DNA from: Halobellus sp.
Lineage (GTDB): Archaea > Halobacteriota > Halobacteria > Halobacteriales > Haloferacaceae
Assembly (NCBI GenBank): GCA_042215855.1
Contig: JBDGUM010000049.1
Coordinates: 1 to 52,305, forward strand
DNA length: 52,305 nt
Direction of reading: 5' to 3'
Shown: positions 38,916-49,166 of the stretch, in pieces
Layout: every line of letters begins with the position of its first letter
Numbering within the stretch: position 1 is the first letter of the stretch
Notes under the pieces: generated by a model
What the model was told of the DNA's origin: nothing
What the model saw: only the letters and a program-made list of their open reading frames with translations
Databases searched by the model: none
Program-made: the position numbers and the translations under genes

Positions 38916-40157
38916 CTACCAGGCGCGCTCCAGGATGGCGACGATCTCGGCGGGACTGGGGTCGACGCCCTCGGGGGCGACATCGAGCAGCGAGTCGTCG
39001 TGGATCGCGGCCGCGACGTCCGGGAAGTCAGACTGGTCGACGCCGTCGACGTCGCGGAGGCGGTTCGGGAGCCCCAGATCGTTCCGGACGCCCGCGACGG
39101 CCTGGATGACCGCGCCGGCGGTGGCCTCCGGGCCGCCGGTCGCGTCGACGCCGAGCGCCTCCGCGAGGAGGTCCCGGCGGCCGTCCACCTCGCCGAGCAG
39201 GTAGCGGAGGACGTGCGGCGCCACGACGGCGTGGATCGTACCCTGGTGGACGTCGTAGCCGTGGGAGAAGCCGTGCCCGAAGGCGTGGATGAGCGACGCG
39301 CGGTAGCCCTCGCGGCCCGCGAGGCCGTACTGGACGGCGACGATCCCCGAGAGCACCTCCAGCAGTCGGTCCTCGTCCATCGGCTCCTCGCGGAGCGTTC
39401 CCAGCCCCGACTTGAGGAGGCGGAGGCCACGGGCGGCGGTCCCGTCGGTGATCGGCGTCGCGAGCGGCGAGTAGAGCGCCTCGATCCCCTTGTCGAAGCC
39501 GTTCATCGCGGAGGCGGTGAGCACCGAGGTGGGCGTCGTCCGGTAGAGGTCGGCGTCGTAGAACAGCGCCTCGGGCATCAGTCGCGGGTCGGAGACCCCG
39601 CCGCTCGGCGGACCGTCGTCGCCGGACTCGGCGTCGCCGTCCAGATCGGTTCCGGGATCGAGCGTGAGTGTAACGCCCGCGAGGTCCGAGAGGTCCGCGC
39701 CAGCGAGCGTGGTCGGGACGGCGACGACCGGGAGCGGACGGCCGTCGCCCGCCACGGGGAGCTCCCCGGTCTCGACCGCGCGCTCGGCCACCGCGCGGGA
39801 ATCGTGGCCGTGCGACGAGAGCGCGCCCAGGACCTTCGCGACGTCGAGGGTGCTCCCGCCCCCGACCGCGACGACGACGTCGGCGTCGCGGTCGAGGGCC
39901 GTCTCCAGGCCGGCGAGCGCCGTGCCCAGCGTCTTCTCGGGCGTCGTCTCGGGGAACTCCGCGACCAGGCGGTCCCCCAGGCCGTCGCGGATCGGCTCGA
40001 CGACGGCGGCCGTCCGGCCGACGGTCGTCCCGCTCACGAGCATCGCGCGGTCGTGGCCGAGGCGGTCGAGTTCGTCGCCGAGGCGCGCGACGCAGCCCGA
40101 TCCCACGTGGACCGCGCCGGGCCTGAAGTCGAAGGTGAAGCCCTCGGTGGGAGACAT
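38916..40157 (-). CDS. iron-containing alcohol dehydrogenase family protein
   Basis: GGGSTLDVAK, VPTTLAG, HAFGH. Confidence 0.88.
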   Translation of the reverse strand: MSPTEGFTFDFRPGAVHVGSGCVARLGDELDRLGHDRAMLVSGTTVGRTAAVVEPIRDGLGDRLVAEFPETTPEKTLGTALAGLETALDRDADVVVAVGGGSTLDVAKVLGALSSHGHDSRAVAERAVETGELPVAGDGRPLPVVAVPTTLAGADLSDLAGVTLTLDPGTDLDGDAESGDDGPPSGGVSDPRLMPEALFYDADLYRTTPTSVLTASAMNGFDKGIEALYSPLATPITDGTAARGLRLLKSGLGTLREEPMDEDRLLEVLSGIVAVQYGLAGREGYRASLIHAFGHGFSHGYDVHQGTIHAVVAPHVLRYLLGEVDGRRDLLAEALGVDATGGPEATAGAVIQAVAGVRNDLGLPNRLRDVDGVDQSDFPDVAAAIHDDSLLDVAPEGVDPSPAEIVAILERAW

Positions 40158-40359
40158 GGCCCCTCCTACGCGTGGATCCCTCAAAGACCTACTCCCGCCG
40201 GCATTGATCGGAAATCGGATGCGAGCGTTTATCTACGAGATCGAGGCCAGGACGCGTGTGCGCTGACGATCGCCCCACGTCGTTCGCGGTTGTCCGGCAC
40301 GGCGACGCGGGACCGGGTTCGGGTGTCGGCTGTCCGCCTTCAACGATTGCCAATCGGTG

Positions 40360-41109
40360 TCACTCCGCCGCTTCGAGCGCCTCGATCGCGTCGTCGAAGG
40401 CCTCTCGCTCGACGTCGTCCGCGTTCTCGCCCGGATGCGCCGCTCGGACTGCCTCCAGCGCCCCGGAGTCGCCGAGCTTCCCGAGCACGTCCGCCGCCCA
40501 CGCCGGGTAGCCGTTGCCGCGACCCCGATCGAGCAATTCGCACAGCTCCTCGCGCAGCCACTCGCGGGGGACCTGTCCGGGCGAATCGGCCTCGACGAGG
40601 CCGACGACGAAGAGCAGGTACCGGGACGTGTTTCGATCGCTGCGGAGGCGCTCGACCATCGCCTCGAGATGCGGAGTGAAAAGCGACGGTTCTCGCTGTG
40701 CGACGCGAGCCAGGGCGTCCGTCGCGTAGACGGTCGCCCTGACGTGCGGCGAGCCCAGCCACACGGCCGGCGCGGGGATCCCGTCGACGTCGTCCGGGTA
40801 CGCCGCGGCCGCCGCGAGCAGGTCGTCGAGGTAGGGAGCGAAGAGCGACGGCCGATCGTAGAGGTGCTGGAGCGCCTTCGCGGCCGTCGATCGCGCCTCG
40901 CCGTCGTCTACCGAGAGCAGCGCGACGATGCGCGCCATCTCCTCGCGGGTGAAATCGTCGGGGGTACCTTCGGCGGTCTCAAGGAGGTCGCTCGCCGTCG
41001 ATCGCTGTTCCTCGACGCCGTCCGGAATCGGCACCGACGCCGGCGGGGGAGCGCTCTCGACGTCGCGAGTGGCATCGCCGTCCGGATCCGAGCCTCGGTC
41101 TCCCGTCAT
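40360..41109 (-). CDS. hypothetical helical (HEAT-like) repeat protein
   Basis: Acidic, codon-plausible ORF; EARSTAAKALQHL and WAADVLGKLGD HEAT-like units. Confidence 0.6.
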   Translation of the reverse strand: MTGDRGSDPDGDATRDVESAPPPASVPIPDGVEEQRSTASDLLETAEGTPDDFTREEMARIVALLSVDDGEARSTAAKALQHLYDRPSLFAPYLDDLLAAAAAYPDDVDGIPAPAVWLGSPHVRATVYATDALARVAQREPSLFTPHLEAMVERLRSDRNTSRYLLFVVGLVEADSPGQVPREWLREELCELLDRGRGNGYPAWAADVLGKLGDSGALEAVRAAHPGENADDVEREAFDDAIEALEAAE

Positions 41110-41582
41110 CGTCCGAGATCCAACTCCAGGTCCCCGGCGTCCAGGATCTCGCGGTAGACCGCGCGCTTGTCCATCCCGGTCTCGGCGCAGAGGCGGTCGA
41201 TCTCTCTCGGCGTGAACTCGGGGCCGACCTCGCGCAGGACCCGACGAAACGACGCCGAGTATCGGGGGCGCCGCTCGTCCGTCCGAGCGATCAGCCCCGC
41301 GTCGACGAGGTCGTCGAGGACCATCTCGAAGTCGGGTTCGGTCGCCGGCGCGTCCGAGCGCACGCCGTAGTCGTCGTGATCCTCGAACTGGTAGAAGTGG
41401 TCGGCCGCCGAGCGAAGCGGCTCGTCGCCCTCGCCTAAGAACTCGTACACCTGGACCTGGGTGTCGTGGAGCGCCGACGGGTCCGGGACCGGGAGGTCCG
41501 CTCCGTAGCGCCACAGCAGCCCCTCGATCAGCTCGGGCGCGAGGTCGTGTTCGTCGATTAGTTCCCGTGTGCGATCGGTCAC
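41106..41582 (-). CDS. hypothetical protein (possible winged helix)
   Basis: GTG start near an AT-rich element; VLDDLVDAGLIART..RY; ATGA overlap with the next gene. Confidence 0.6.
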   Translation of the reverse strand: MTDRTRELIDEHDLAPELIEGLLWRYGADLPVPDPSALHDTQVQVYEFLGEGDEPLRSAADHFYQFEDHDDYGVRSDAPATEPDFEMVLDDLVDAGLIARTDERRPRYSASFRRVLREVGPEFTPREIDRLCAETGMDKRAVYREILDAGDLELDLGR

Positions 41583-41682
41583 ACACGGACCTCGGACGGC
41601 GTCACAATAAAAATACGGAGCGAGTCCGTCGGTGCCGTGCGAGATCGAACCGCGTAAGTCGCCGACCCGTCTCCGGGGCGGT

Positions 41683-42591
41683 ATGGAGGTTCTCGGTCGG
41701 CTGCTCGGGCTGCTCGTCCTCCTGGCCGCTGGGACGGGGCTCCGCCTCGGCGGCGTGCTCGACGAGGTGTGGACCCGGCGGCTCAACGCCATCGCCTACT
41801 ACGTCGCGCTGCCGGCGCTCGTCTTCGTCTCTACCTACGATCGGGGGATCGGGGACCTGCTGACGCCGGCCCTCGTGGGCGGTCCCGTCGCGGTTCTCCT
41901 CGGGACCGCGGCCCTCGCGTGGCTGCTCCACCGGAACCGCGCCGATCGGGAGCGCCGGGGGGTCGCGATCGTCCAGTCGTACCACTCGAACATCGGCTAT
42001 CTGGGCCTACCGCTCCTCGCCGCGACGTTCGGAGACGACGTCACCGCCGTCGCGAGCGTCGTGCTCGGCGTCGTCTCGCTGACCCAGGTCCCGCTGACGA
42101 TCACCGTGCTGACCGGGATCGACGGCACCGACGGCTCGGTCGCCACCGAACTGGTGGAGTTGGCCAAGAACCCGGTGCTCCTGATCCTCGTCCTGGGGCT
42201 GACCGTCGGCTCGCTCGGGATCGGCGTTCCGGGGGCGGTGACGGCCGGCCTCGACGTCCTCGGATCGCTGGCGCTCCCGCTCGCGTTGCTGTGTGTTGGC
42301 GCGTCGCTGCGGTTCGATATCCCCGACGGCGACCTGGGGACGAGCGCGGCGGTCGTCGCGCTGAAGGTCGCGTGGATGCCGGCGCTGGCGTGGGCCGTGT
42401 TCTCCCTGCTCGGGGTCGGCGCCGCCGCGTTCACCGCTGCGGTCGTGATGCTCGGGACCCCGACCGCGGTCTCGACGTACGTGTTCGCGAGCGAGCTCGG
42501 CGGCGATCCGGAGTTCGCCTCGCTGAACGTGTTCCTGACGACAGTCGTCTCCGTCGGGACGCTCTTCGTGCTCATTCGGGTAGTCGGGTGA
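41683..42591 (+). CDS. AEC (auxin efflux carrier) family transporter
   Basis: YVALPALVF, SNIGYLGLP, NPVL, PTAVS; about 10 TM helices. Confidence 0.9.
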   Translation: MEVLGRLLGLLVLLAAGTGLRLGGVLDEVWTRRLNAIAYYVALPALVFVSTYDRGIGDLLTPALVGGPVAVLLGTAALAWLLHRNRADRERRGVAIVQSYHSNIGYLGLPLLAATFGDDVTAVASVVLGVVSLTQVPLTITVLTGIDGTDGSVATELVELAKNPVLLILVLGLTVGSLGIGVPGAVTAGLDVLGSLALPLALLCVGASLRFDIPDGDLGTSAAVVALKVAWMPALAWAVFSLLGVGAAAFTAAVVMLGTPTAVSTYVFASELGGDPEFASLNVFLTTVVSVGTLFVLIRVVG

Positions 42592-42691
42592 GATCACACG
42601 CTTACCGGTCGCTCACCTGGGATCGTAGACAAAGTCGCCAAGCGGCGTTGATCGTCGTCCTGGCCGCCCGTATCGGCGCGAGTGAGGGCGA

Positions 42692-42976
42692 TTACTCGAT
42701 GTGGCCTTCCTGCCGCAGCTGATCCGCGTCCTGCTCGGAGTAGCGCCACTCGATGTTGGCCTTCTCGTCCTGCCAGTCCCACGGTTCGACGAGGACGACG
42801 TCGCCCTCGTTGATCCAGGTCCGGTACTTCATTCGGCCGGGGATCCGGCCCATCCGGTTTTTGCCGTCGGCACAGCGAACGCGTACGTGGTTGCCACCGT
42901 TGTGTTCCGTGACAGTGGCGAACAGCTCGTCTTCGTTGGGCATTCGAAGGTTTCGACGCCCTGTTTCTTCAGTCAC
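42692..42976 (-). CDS. eif1a: archaeal translation initiation factor aIF-1A
   Basis: [12 protein letters not shown]...[26 protein letters not shown]. Confidence 0.96.
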   Translation of the reverse strand: MTEETGRRNLRMPNEDELFATVTEHNGGNHVRVRCADGKNRMGRIPGRMKYRTWINEGDVVLVEPWDWQDEKANIEWRYSEQDADQLRQEGHIE

Positions 42977-43743
42977 AGTGGTAGTACGTCGGGAGGACGG
43001 ATAAAGATCCGGTTCCGCGTGCTAACTGGGAGACTGGTCGGTGGTAACGGCTCTCATTATTGTCGTGAACCGCCTCGGCCTGCTCCGCCTGTAGAAACGG
43101 AACTCGAACCTGTTCACACGACTTTATGATTCAAAATAGTAAGATATATTTGATATATATTTTTTCTATAATTTCAATTTAGAAGGCCGAAATGAGCTCT
43201 CAATTGTCGCTAAAGACCAGTTCCAGCGTTATATTTATAGCCACTTTTCTTATCTGATCCTGTGCAGTAAATTATATGATGTATTTCTTGGAGCCGCCTC
43301 CCGTTGTCCGGTAATGACGGACGCATTTGTCCGATGGAATGACACGGCAGCAGTTTTCGCGAAGTGAATCCCGATAGCGGGAGTCATTCCTAGAATCGAA
43401 TCGAGAGTGGTTGTAACTGGCGAGAACCCTGATAGGCGAAGGAACGTATGACTCGATGAACGAAACGTATCGTAACAAACGTACTTCTGTTACTCCGGTC
43501 GGTGGGGTCGAGCGTGCTCCCAGCGTCAGGCAGTGACCGGAGCTCGCTGTAGTGCGATTTCTCCCGGTTTGGTGTCATTCCCGACCCCCGGAATTTCGTC
43601 CGGAATTAGCGGACGAACCGTTCGAGGGAACCGAAGACAGCGGCTGCGAGGCGGCGTCGTCGCAAGCGTGAGGCGCACGACGTGGGGTGCGCGAGTCGTC
43701 GTCGATAACGGTCCCCGAACCGCGTCGCCGACACGAGGGACGG

Positions 43744-45276
43744 TTACTCGTGGTCGCGGTTCTCGAGTTTGTATCGTTCGATCTTCCCGCTCGGGTTGCG
43801 CGGGAGTTCGTCGAGGAACCGGTACTCCCGCGGCCGCTTGTAGTCCGCCAGGTCGTCGCTGTCGCGGCACCACTCGTCCAACTCCCCCTCGGTCACGTCG
43901 CCGTTCCGTTCGACGAAGGCGACGACGATCTCGCCCCACTCCTCGTCGGGGTGACCGACGACGCCAGCGTCCGAGACCTCGGGGTGTGTGAGTAGGACGT
44001 CCTCGACTTCCGTCGGGTGGATGTTCTCGCCGCCGCTGATGATCATATCGTCGACGCGGCCGGTGATGACGATCCGGTTCTCCTCGGTCCGGCGGGCGGC
44101 GTCGCCGGTGTAGAACCACCCCTCGTGGATCGCTTCCTCGGTGGCCTCGGGCTTGTTCCAGTAGCCGTCGAAGGCGACCGGCGAGTCCGTGTTGACGATG
44201 AGTTCCCCCTGGGTGCCCGGTTCGACCGTGTCCTGGGGATCGTCGCTGTCGACGGCGACGACGCGCGTTTCGAGGCCGACGTTCGCGGGCCCGGTCACGG
44301 TCGGGTCGCGGATGTCCTGGAGGTCGATGTACGCGAGGGTGCCGTAGACCTCGGTGGTCCCGTAGAGGTTCGCGATGTGGTCGGGGTCGAACGTCTCGAT
44401 CGTCCGCTCGAAGACGGCCTGGCTCATCGGCGCGCCGGAGTAGCCGATCGTGTCGACCGACGAGATGTCGACCTCGTCGATCGCGTCGGTGTCGAGCATA
44501 TTCGCGAAGATGGTCGGCGCCTCGTGCAACGCCGTGACCCCGTAGTCCTCGATGGCCCGGACGGCGGTTTCGGGGTCGAACTCGGACATACACAGGTAGG
44601 TACCGCTCATCGAGAGCAGGCCGCAGAGGATGCCGTGAAGGCCGACGGTGTGGTACAGCGGCATAACCCCGATCATCGTCTCGTCGAGGTAGTAGTGCTG
44701 GCCGAGGGAGTTGATGATCCACCGGGAGGAGGTCGAATCGTGGTCCAGCGGGATCCCCTTCGGGTCGCCGGTGGTCCCGGAGCTGTACAGCATCACGCTC
44801 GGATCGTCGTAGCCGACGTCGACGTCGGGTTTCCCGGCCGGGGCGTCGGCGAAGTCCTCGAAGGGTTCCGCGAAGTCGGGCGCGTCGTCGCCGACGTAGA
44901 CCGCCGGCACCTCGATGTCGTCTTCGACCGACGCGACCGCCTCGCGGGAGATCTCGTCGAAGAGGAACAGCTCGGGATCGGAGTCCGCGATGTGGTAGCG
45001 GACGCCGCTGGCGGCCAGCCGGAAGTTGAACGGGACGGCGACGACGCCGGCCAGCTGGGTGGCGACGAACGTCACGACGTGTTCTGGGCGGTTCGCCATA
45101 CAGATCGCCACCCGGTCGCCGGGTTCGATCCCCCGATCCCGGAGCGCGGTGGCGACGCGGTACGCCCGGGTCCGGAGCTCCGAGTAGGTCAGCTCGGCCC
45201 CGTCGTTCAGGTGGGCGATCGCGGTCCGGTCGGGTGTTCGAGCGACCGATTGCTCGAACGTGGAAGGGAACAACAT
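43744..45276 (-). CDS. AMP-forming acyl/aryl-CoA ligase
   Basis: YSSGTTGDPKG, PLYHTVG, YGTTE, TGD, ISGGENI, PRNPSGK. Confidence 0.92.
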   Translation of the reverse strand: MLFPSTFEQSVARTPDRTAIAHLNDGAELTYSELRTRAYRVATALRDRGIEPGDRVAICMANRPEHVVTFVATQLAGVVAVPFNFRLAASGVRYHIADSDPELFLFDEISREAVASVEDDIEVPAVYVGDDAPDFAEPFEDFADAPAGKPDVDVGYDDPSVMLYSSGTTGDPKGIPLDHDSTSSRWIINSLGQHYYLDETMIGVMPLYHTVGLHGILCGLLSMSGTYLCMSEFDPETAVRAIEDYGVTALHEAPTIFANMLDTDAIDEVDISSVDTIGYSGAPMSQAVFERTIETFDPDHIANLYGTTEVYGTLAYIDLQDIRDPTVTGPANVGLETRVVAVDSDDPQDTVEPGTQGELIVNTDSPVAFDGYWNKPEATEEAIHEGWFYTGDAARRTEENRIVITGRVDDMIISGGENIHPTEVEDVLLTHPEVSDAGVVGHPDEEWGEIVVAFVERNGDVTEGELDEWCRDSDDLADYKRPREYRFLDELPRNPSGKIERYKLENRDHE

Positions 45277-45393
45277 ACGCTACGGTCTATTCGAAGGGAG
45301 TGTAATAATTTTTCCTCTCGGTTGGTCGCATCCGACGCCGGCGCCGATCGATTCGGGAGCGTCGGCGTCTGACGGGCCGGGTCGTCCTCAGTA

Positions 45394-46149
45394 TCAGTAG
45401 TATCGGTAGTTGACAGCGATCTCCTCGGCGGCCGCGCGGACGTTCTGGATCAGGTCGTTCCGATAGTCGTCCTGTTCGAGCCGCCCGGTCGGGCAGGCGA
45501 CCGAGACGCTCCCGAGGAGGTCGCCGTCCTCGATGACCGGGCAGGCGACGAAACCGATTCCGACGACCTGCTCCTCGCGGTCGATCGCGTAGCCGTTCTC
45601 GCGGATGCCTTCGAGCTCCGAGCGGAGCTCGTCGGGATCGGTGACCGTCTGCTCGGTCACCGCCTCGAGTTCGTCGACGTCGAGCAGTTCGTCGATGCGC
45701 TCGTCCGGCAGGTGCGCGAGCAGGACCTTACCGGCGGCGTGGGAGTGGATCGGCGTCCGGAAGCCGGGGTAGGTCCCCGTCTGGACGGAGGTGAGATCGC
45801 CCGCCTCGTGGAGCATCACCCACTCGCCGTCCTCCTCCTGGCCGAGCTGGGCGAGCTCGTCGGACTGCTCGGAGAGCTTCTCGAGGACGACGTCCGAGGA
45901 GCGGAAGAACCGGCTGCGGTACTTGAGCAGGCTGCCGCGCTCGAGGAAGCGGTAGCTGATCCGGTACGTGCCGGCCTCCCTGACGACGAAGCCCGTCGCC
46001 TCCAGCGAGACGAGGTAGTCGTGGGCGGTGCTCCGGTTGACGCCCATCAGACCTGCGATCTCCGCGGGGCCGGCTTCCCCCTCGCGTTCCAGCAGGTCGA
46101 GGACCTCGAACGCCCGGGCGACCGTCTGGAGTGGGACGTCTGAACTCAC
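45394..46149 (-). CDS. IclR family regulator
   Basis: RSTAHDYL HTH; HSHAAGKVLLA; GYAIDREE. Confidence 0.92.
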   Translation of the reverse strand: MSSDVPLQTVARAFEVLDLLEREGEAGPAEIAGLMGVNRSTAHDYLVSLEATGFVVREAGTYRISYRFLERGSLLKYRSRFFRSSDVVLEKLSEQSDELAQLGQEEDGEWVMLHEAGDLTSVQTGTYPGFRTPIHSHAAGKVLLAHLPDERIDELLDVDELEAVTEQTVTDPDELRSELEGIRENGYAIDREEQVVGIGFVACPVIEDGDLLGSVSVACPTGRLEQDDYRNDLIQNVRAAAEEIAVNYRYY

Positions 46150-46295
46150 AGTCCTACGTCCGGCCCCGAAAGTATGAAACACTATCGCTCGGTGCGGTCG
46201 CCCGGAGCGAGCGAGCGGAGTGTGACTTCGGACGTTGACCGAAAGCCAAGAAAAATTTAAATATTATTATACGGAAGATAGCCGCAGGCAGCACT

Positions 46296-47681
46296 ATGAC
46301 AGAGAGCCTCGAAGACGCGCTTCAGCGAGCCGACAGTCCAGTCGATTTCGTCCGATCACCCGCCCGAGGGGCGGACACCGGCCACCTCCGCCTGTTCACC
46401 GATCTCCCCGACGAGGTGACGAACTGGCGAGAGGAGCAGTCCGCGTGGGCCGACAGCGTCGCGCTGGCGGACCTCTCGCACCATATGACTGACCTCCACG
46501 TCGAGGGCCCCGACGCGCTCGACCTCTTTTCGGACCTCGGCATCAACGACTTCTCCTCGTTCGAGCCGGGACAGGCGAAGCAGTTCGCCGCGACCAGCCC
46601 CGACGGCTACCTCATCGGCGACGGCATCCTCTTCCATCTCGGCGAGGACGAGTTCAACCTCGTCGGCTACGGCCCGATCAACTGGGTCGAGTTCCACGCC
46701 GAGACCCGCGACTACGACGTCGAGACCGAACGCGACGAGCACGGCGGGCTTCGGGAGGGCCCGCCGAAGACGTTCCGCTACCAGGTCCAGGGCCCCGACG
46801 CGCTCGACCTGATCACGGAGGTCGTCGACGGCGACCTCCCCGAGGTGCCGTTCTTCAACTTCCGCGAGGTCTCGATCGCCGGCCACGAGGTCAACGCTCT
46901 CCGCCACGGGATGCTGAACGAGCCCGGATTCGAGTTCTTCGGCCCCTGGGAGCACGCCGAGGACGTCCGCACTGCGATTATGGAGACGGGCCGGGACTAC
47001 GACATCCGCCGGATCGGTGCGAAGGCCTACCCGACGAACGTGATCACGGCGGCGTGGATGTCGATCCCGCTGCCGGCGATCTACCACGACGACGACCTCC
47101 TGGCGGAGTACCGCGAGTGGCTCGACGTGGATAGCTTCGAGGGCGCGCTCGCCATCGGCGGCAGCCTCGACTCCGAGGACATCACCGACCACTACCTGAC
47201 GCCGGTCGAGGCGGGCCACGGTCGCTTCGTCGATCTCGACCACGACTTCGTCGGGAGGGACGCGGTGGCCGAACAGCTCGAGAACGAGGACCGCACCCGG
47301 GTCACGCTCGTGTGGGATCAGGAGGCCACGACGGAGCTGTACGGCGGGGCGCTCTTCGACGACGACGCCACCTACCGGTACACCGATCTGCCCGTCGCCG
47401 ACTGGGCGCTGACCCAGAACGACAGGGTCCTGAAGGACGGCGACGTCGTCGGCGTCGCCAACAACACCCGCTACCTCTACTTCGAGCGGCGGATGTTCTC
47501 GCTGTGCGCGATCGACTCCGAACTCGCCGAGCCCGGCACCGAGGTCTCGATCCTCTGGGGCGAGCCCGACTCCGGGAACCCGCGCGTCGAGGACCACGAA
47601 CAGACGGAGGTCACGGCGACCGTCGCGCCGGCGCCGTACTTCGAGGACAAGCGCAAGACTGCGGACTACAACGCGAACTGA
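46296..47681 (+). CDS. GcvT-family THF-dependent aryl O-demethylase (LigM/DesA-like) 3
   Basis: NWREEQ, DLSHHM, IGDGILF, RYQVQGP, GAKAYPTN, PLPAIY, AIGGS. Confidence 0.87.
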   Translation: MTESLEDALQRADSPVDFVRSPARGADTGHLRLFTDLPDEVTNWREEQSAWADSVALADLSHHMTDLHVEGPDALDLFSDLGINDFSSFEPGQAKQFAATSPDGYLIGDGILFHLGEDEFNLVGYGPINWVEFHAETRDYDVETERDEHGGLREGPPKTFRYQVQGPDALDLITEVVDGDLPEVPFFNFREVSIAGHEVNALRHGMLNEPGFEFFGPWEHAEDVRTAIMETGRDYDIRRIGAKAYPTNVITAAWMSIPLPAIYHDDDLLAEYREWLDVDSFEGALAIGGSLDSEDITDHYLTPVEAGHGRFVDLDHDFVGRDAVAEQLENEDRTRVTLVWDQEATTELYGGALFDDDATYRYTDLPVADWALTQNDRVLKDGDVVGVANNTRYLYFERRMFSLCAIDSELAEPGTEVSILWGEPDSGNPRVEDHEQTEVTATVAPAPYFEDKRKTADYNAN

Positions 47682-47821
47682 CGGCCGCGTCGGCGCGGGG
47701 AACCGAAATCGCGTCGGGCGGGCGCGCCCCGTCACAGTCGTTTCTGAGGGCGCGCTGACGTACTTCGATTCGATTCACGGAAAGATTTATAACCTTCTTT
47801 TGCAAAGGAGTCTCCGTGCCG

Positions 47822-49132
47822 ATGAGTAACAGACGACGATTTATCACAGCCGCGGGAACGGGCGCCGTCGCGCTCGTCACGGGGTGTCTCGGATCGGGCG
47901 GGGACGGCGACAGCACAACCACGTCCGCCGCTGACGGCGGAACGGGCGGGAGCACGGCCACGACGGGATCGAGCGGGAGCGACGATCCGATCACGATCGC
48001 CGCGACGGTCTCCCGAAGCGGGTCGTTCTCCGGCGCGGGGGCGGACGTCGAGACCGCGTACAAACTCGGGACGCAGGTGATAAACGAGAACGGCGGCATC
48101 CTCGGCCGCGACGTGGAACTCATCATCCGTGACGACGAGAGCACCCCGAAGGGCGTCCGCGAGGGGCTCCAGGCGATCATCTCGAACAACGACGTGGACC
48201 TCATCTGGGGCACGTTCGGCAGCCTGCTCGTGGCCGCCGCCGCCTCGATCGCCGAACGCGAGGAGCTACCGATGCTGAGCGCGAACTTCGCGTACATGCA
48301 GCCCCACCTGAACAACAACTACAACTGGACGTTCGCCCCGTTCCCGAAGAGCCGCGACATGGCGAACGGCGCGGTGAAACTGGCGAAGCTCGCGCCCGAA
48401 GACAATCAGCCGGTGAACGTGGGCATCTGGCAGACGAACACCGGCTGGGGTGCCGAGCTCGGCCGCGTCTGGTCCGAAGCGCTCGAAGCCAACGGCCACG
48501 AGGTCGTCGTCAACGAGAAGTTCCAGATCGGTACCTCGGACTTCTCGACGCTCATCTCGCAGGCCAAGAGCGCGAACGTGGAGTACCTGCTCACGAACCC
48601 CGCGCCGGGCGGCGGGATCACGATGGTGAAACAGATGCAGGAGAACAGTTTCAACCCGAAGATCGCCACGATAGAGCGCGCGGCGACGATCACGACCTGG
48701 CTGAAGGCGACCGGCGTCGCGGGGCTGTACACCAACTCAACGCCGGGGTGGGTCCCCGGGCTGACCGGCGGCGGGAACCGGCAGATGCTCGAGGCCTACC
48801 GGGCCCAGGAGGGCGTCGCGTCCGACGCCTACCCCGCGCCGACCGTCGGCGGGACGTACAACGTCACGCAGACGACGAAGCAGGCGGTCGAGGCCGCCGG
48901 CTCCGTCGAGCCCGACGCGGTCCAGCAGGCGCTCCTCGACAACGAGTTCCGGACGGTCCTCGGCTCGTTCCGGTTCGACGAGAACGGGATGCCCGTCGAG
49001 GGCGACCTGGCGCCACCGATGGGGCAGTGGCAGGACGGTCTGCTCCGACTGGTCATCCCCTCGGACGTCGACAGCCCGGCGTCGACCGACTTCGTGTATC
49101 CGGCGCCGCCGTACGGCGAGCGCTCGATGTAA
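47822..49132 (+). CDS. LivJ-type (type 1 PBP) ABC substrate-binding Tat lipoprotein
   Basis: RRRFI...TGC lipobox; INENGGILGRDVELIIRDDES; DFSTLI. Confidence 0.88.
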   Translation: MSNRRRFITAAGTGAVALVTGCLGSGGDGDSTTTSAADGGTGGSTATTGSSGSDDPITIAATVSRSGSFSGAGADVETAYKLGTQVINENGGILGRDVELIIRDDESTPKGVREGLQAIISNNDVDLIWGTFGSLLVAAAASIAEREELPMLSANFAYMQPHLNNNYNWTFAPFPKSRDMANGAVKLAKLAPEDNQPVNVGIWQTNTGWGAELGRVWSEALEANGHEVVVNEKFQIGTSDFSTLISQAKSANVEYLLTNPAPGGGITMVKQMQENSFNPKIATIERAATITTWLKATGVAGLYTNSTPGWVPGLTGGGNRQMLEAYRAQEGVASDAYPAPTVGGTYNVTQTTKQAVEAAGSVEPDAVQQALLDNEFRTVLGSFRFDENGMPVEGDLAPPMGQWQDGLLRLVIPSDVDSPASTDFVYPAPPYGERSM

Positions 49133-49166
49133 CCGCCCCGGAGACACGGACACAGATTCACATTCG

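Noticed and set aside
38916-40157. Maleylacetate reductase belonging to the aromatic pathway
   Set aside because: It lies in the housekeeping-like block and the cluster points to meta-cleavage; specificity cannot be supported from sequence
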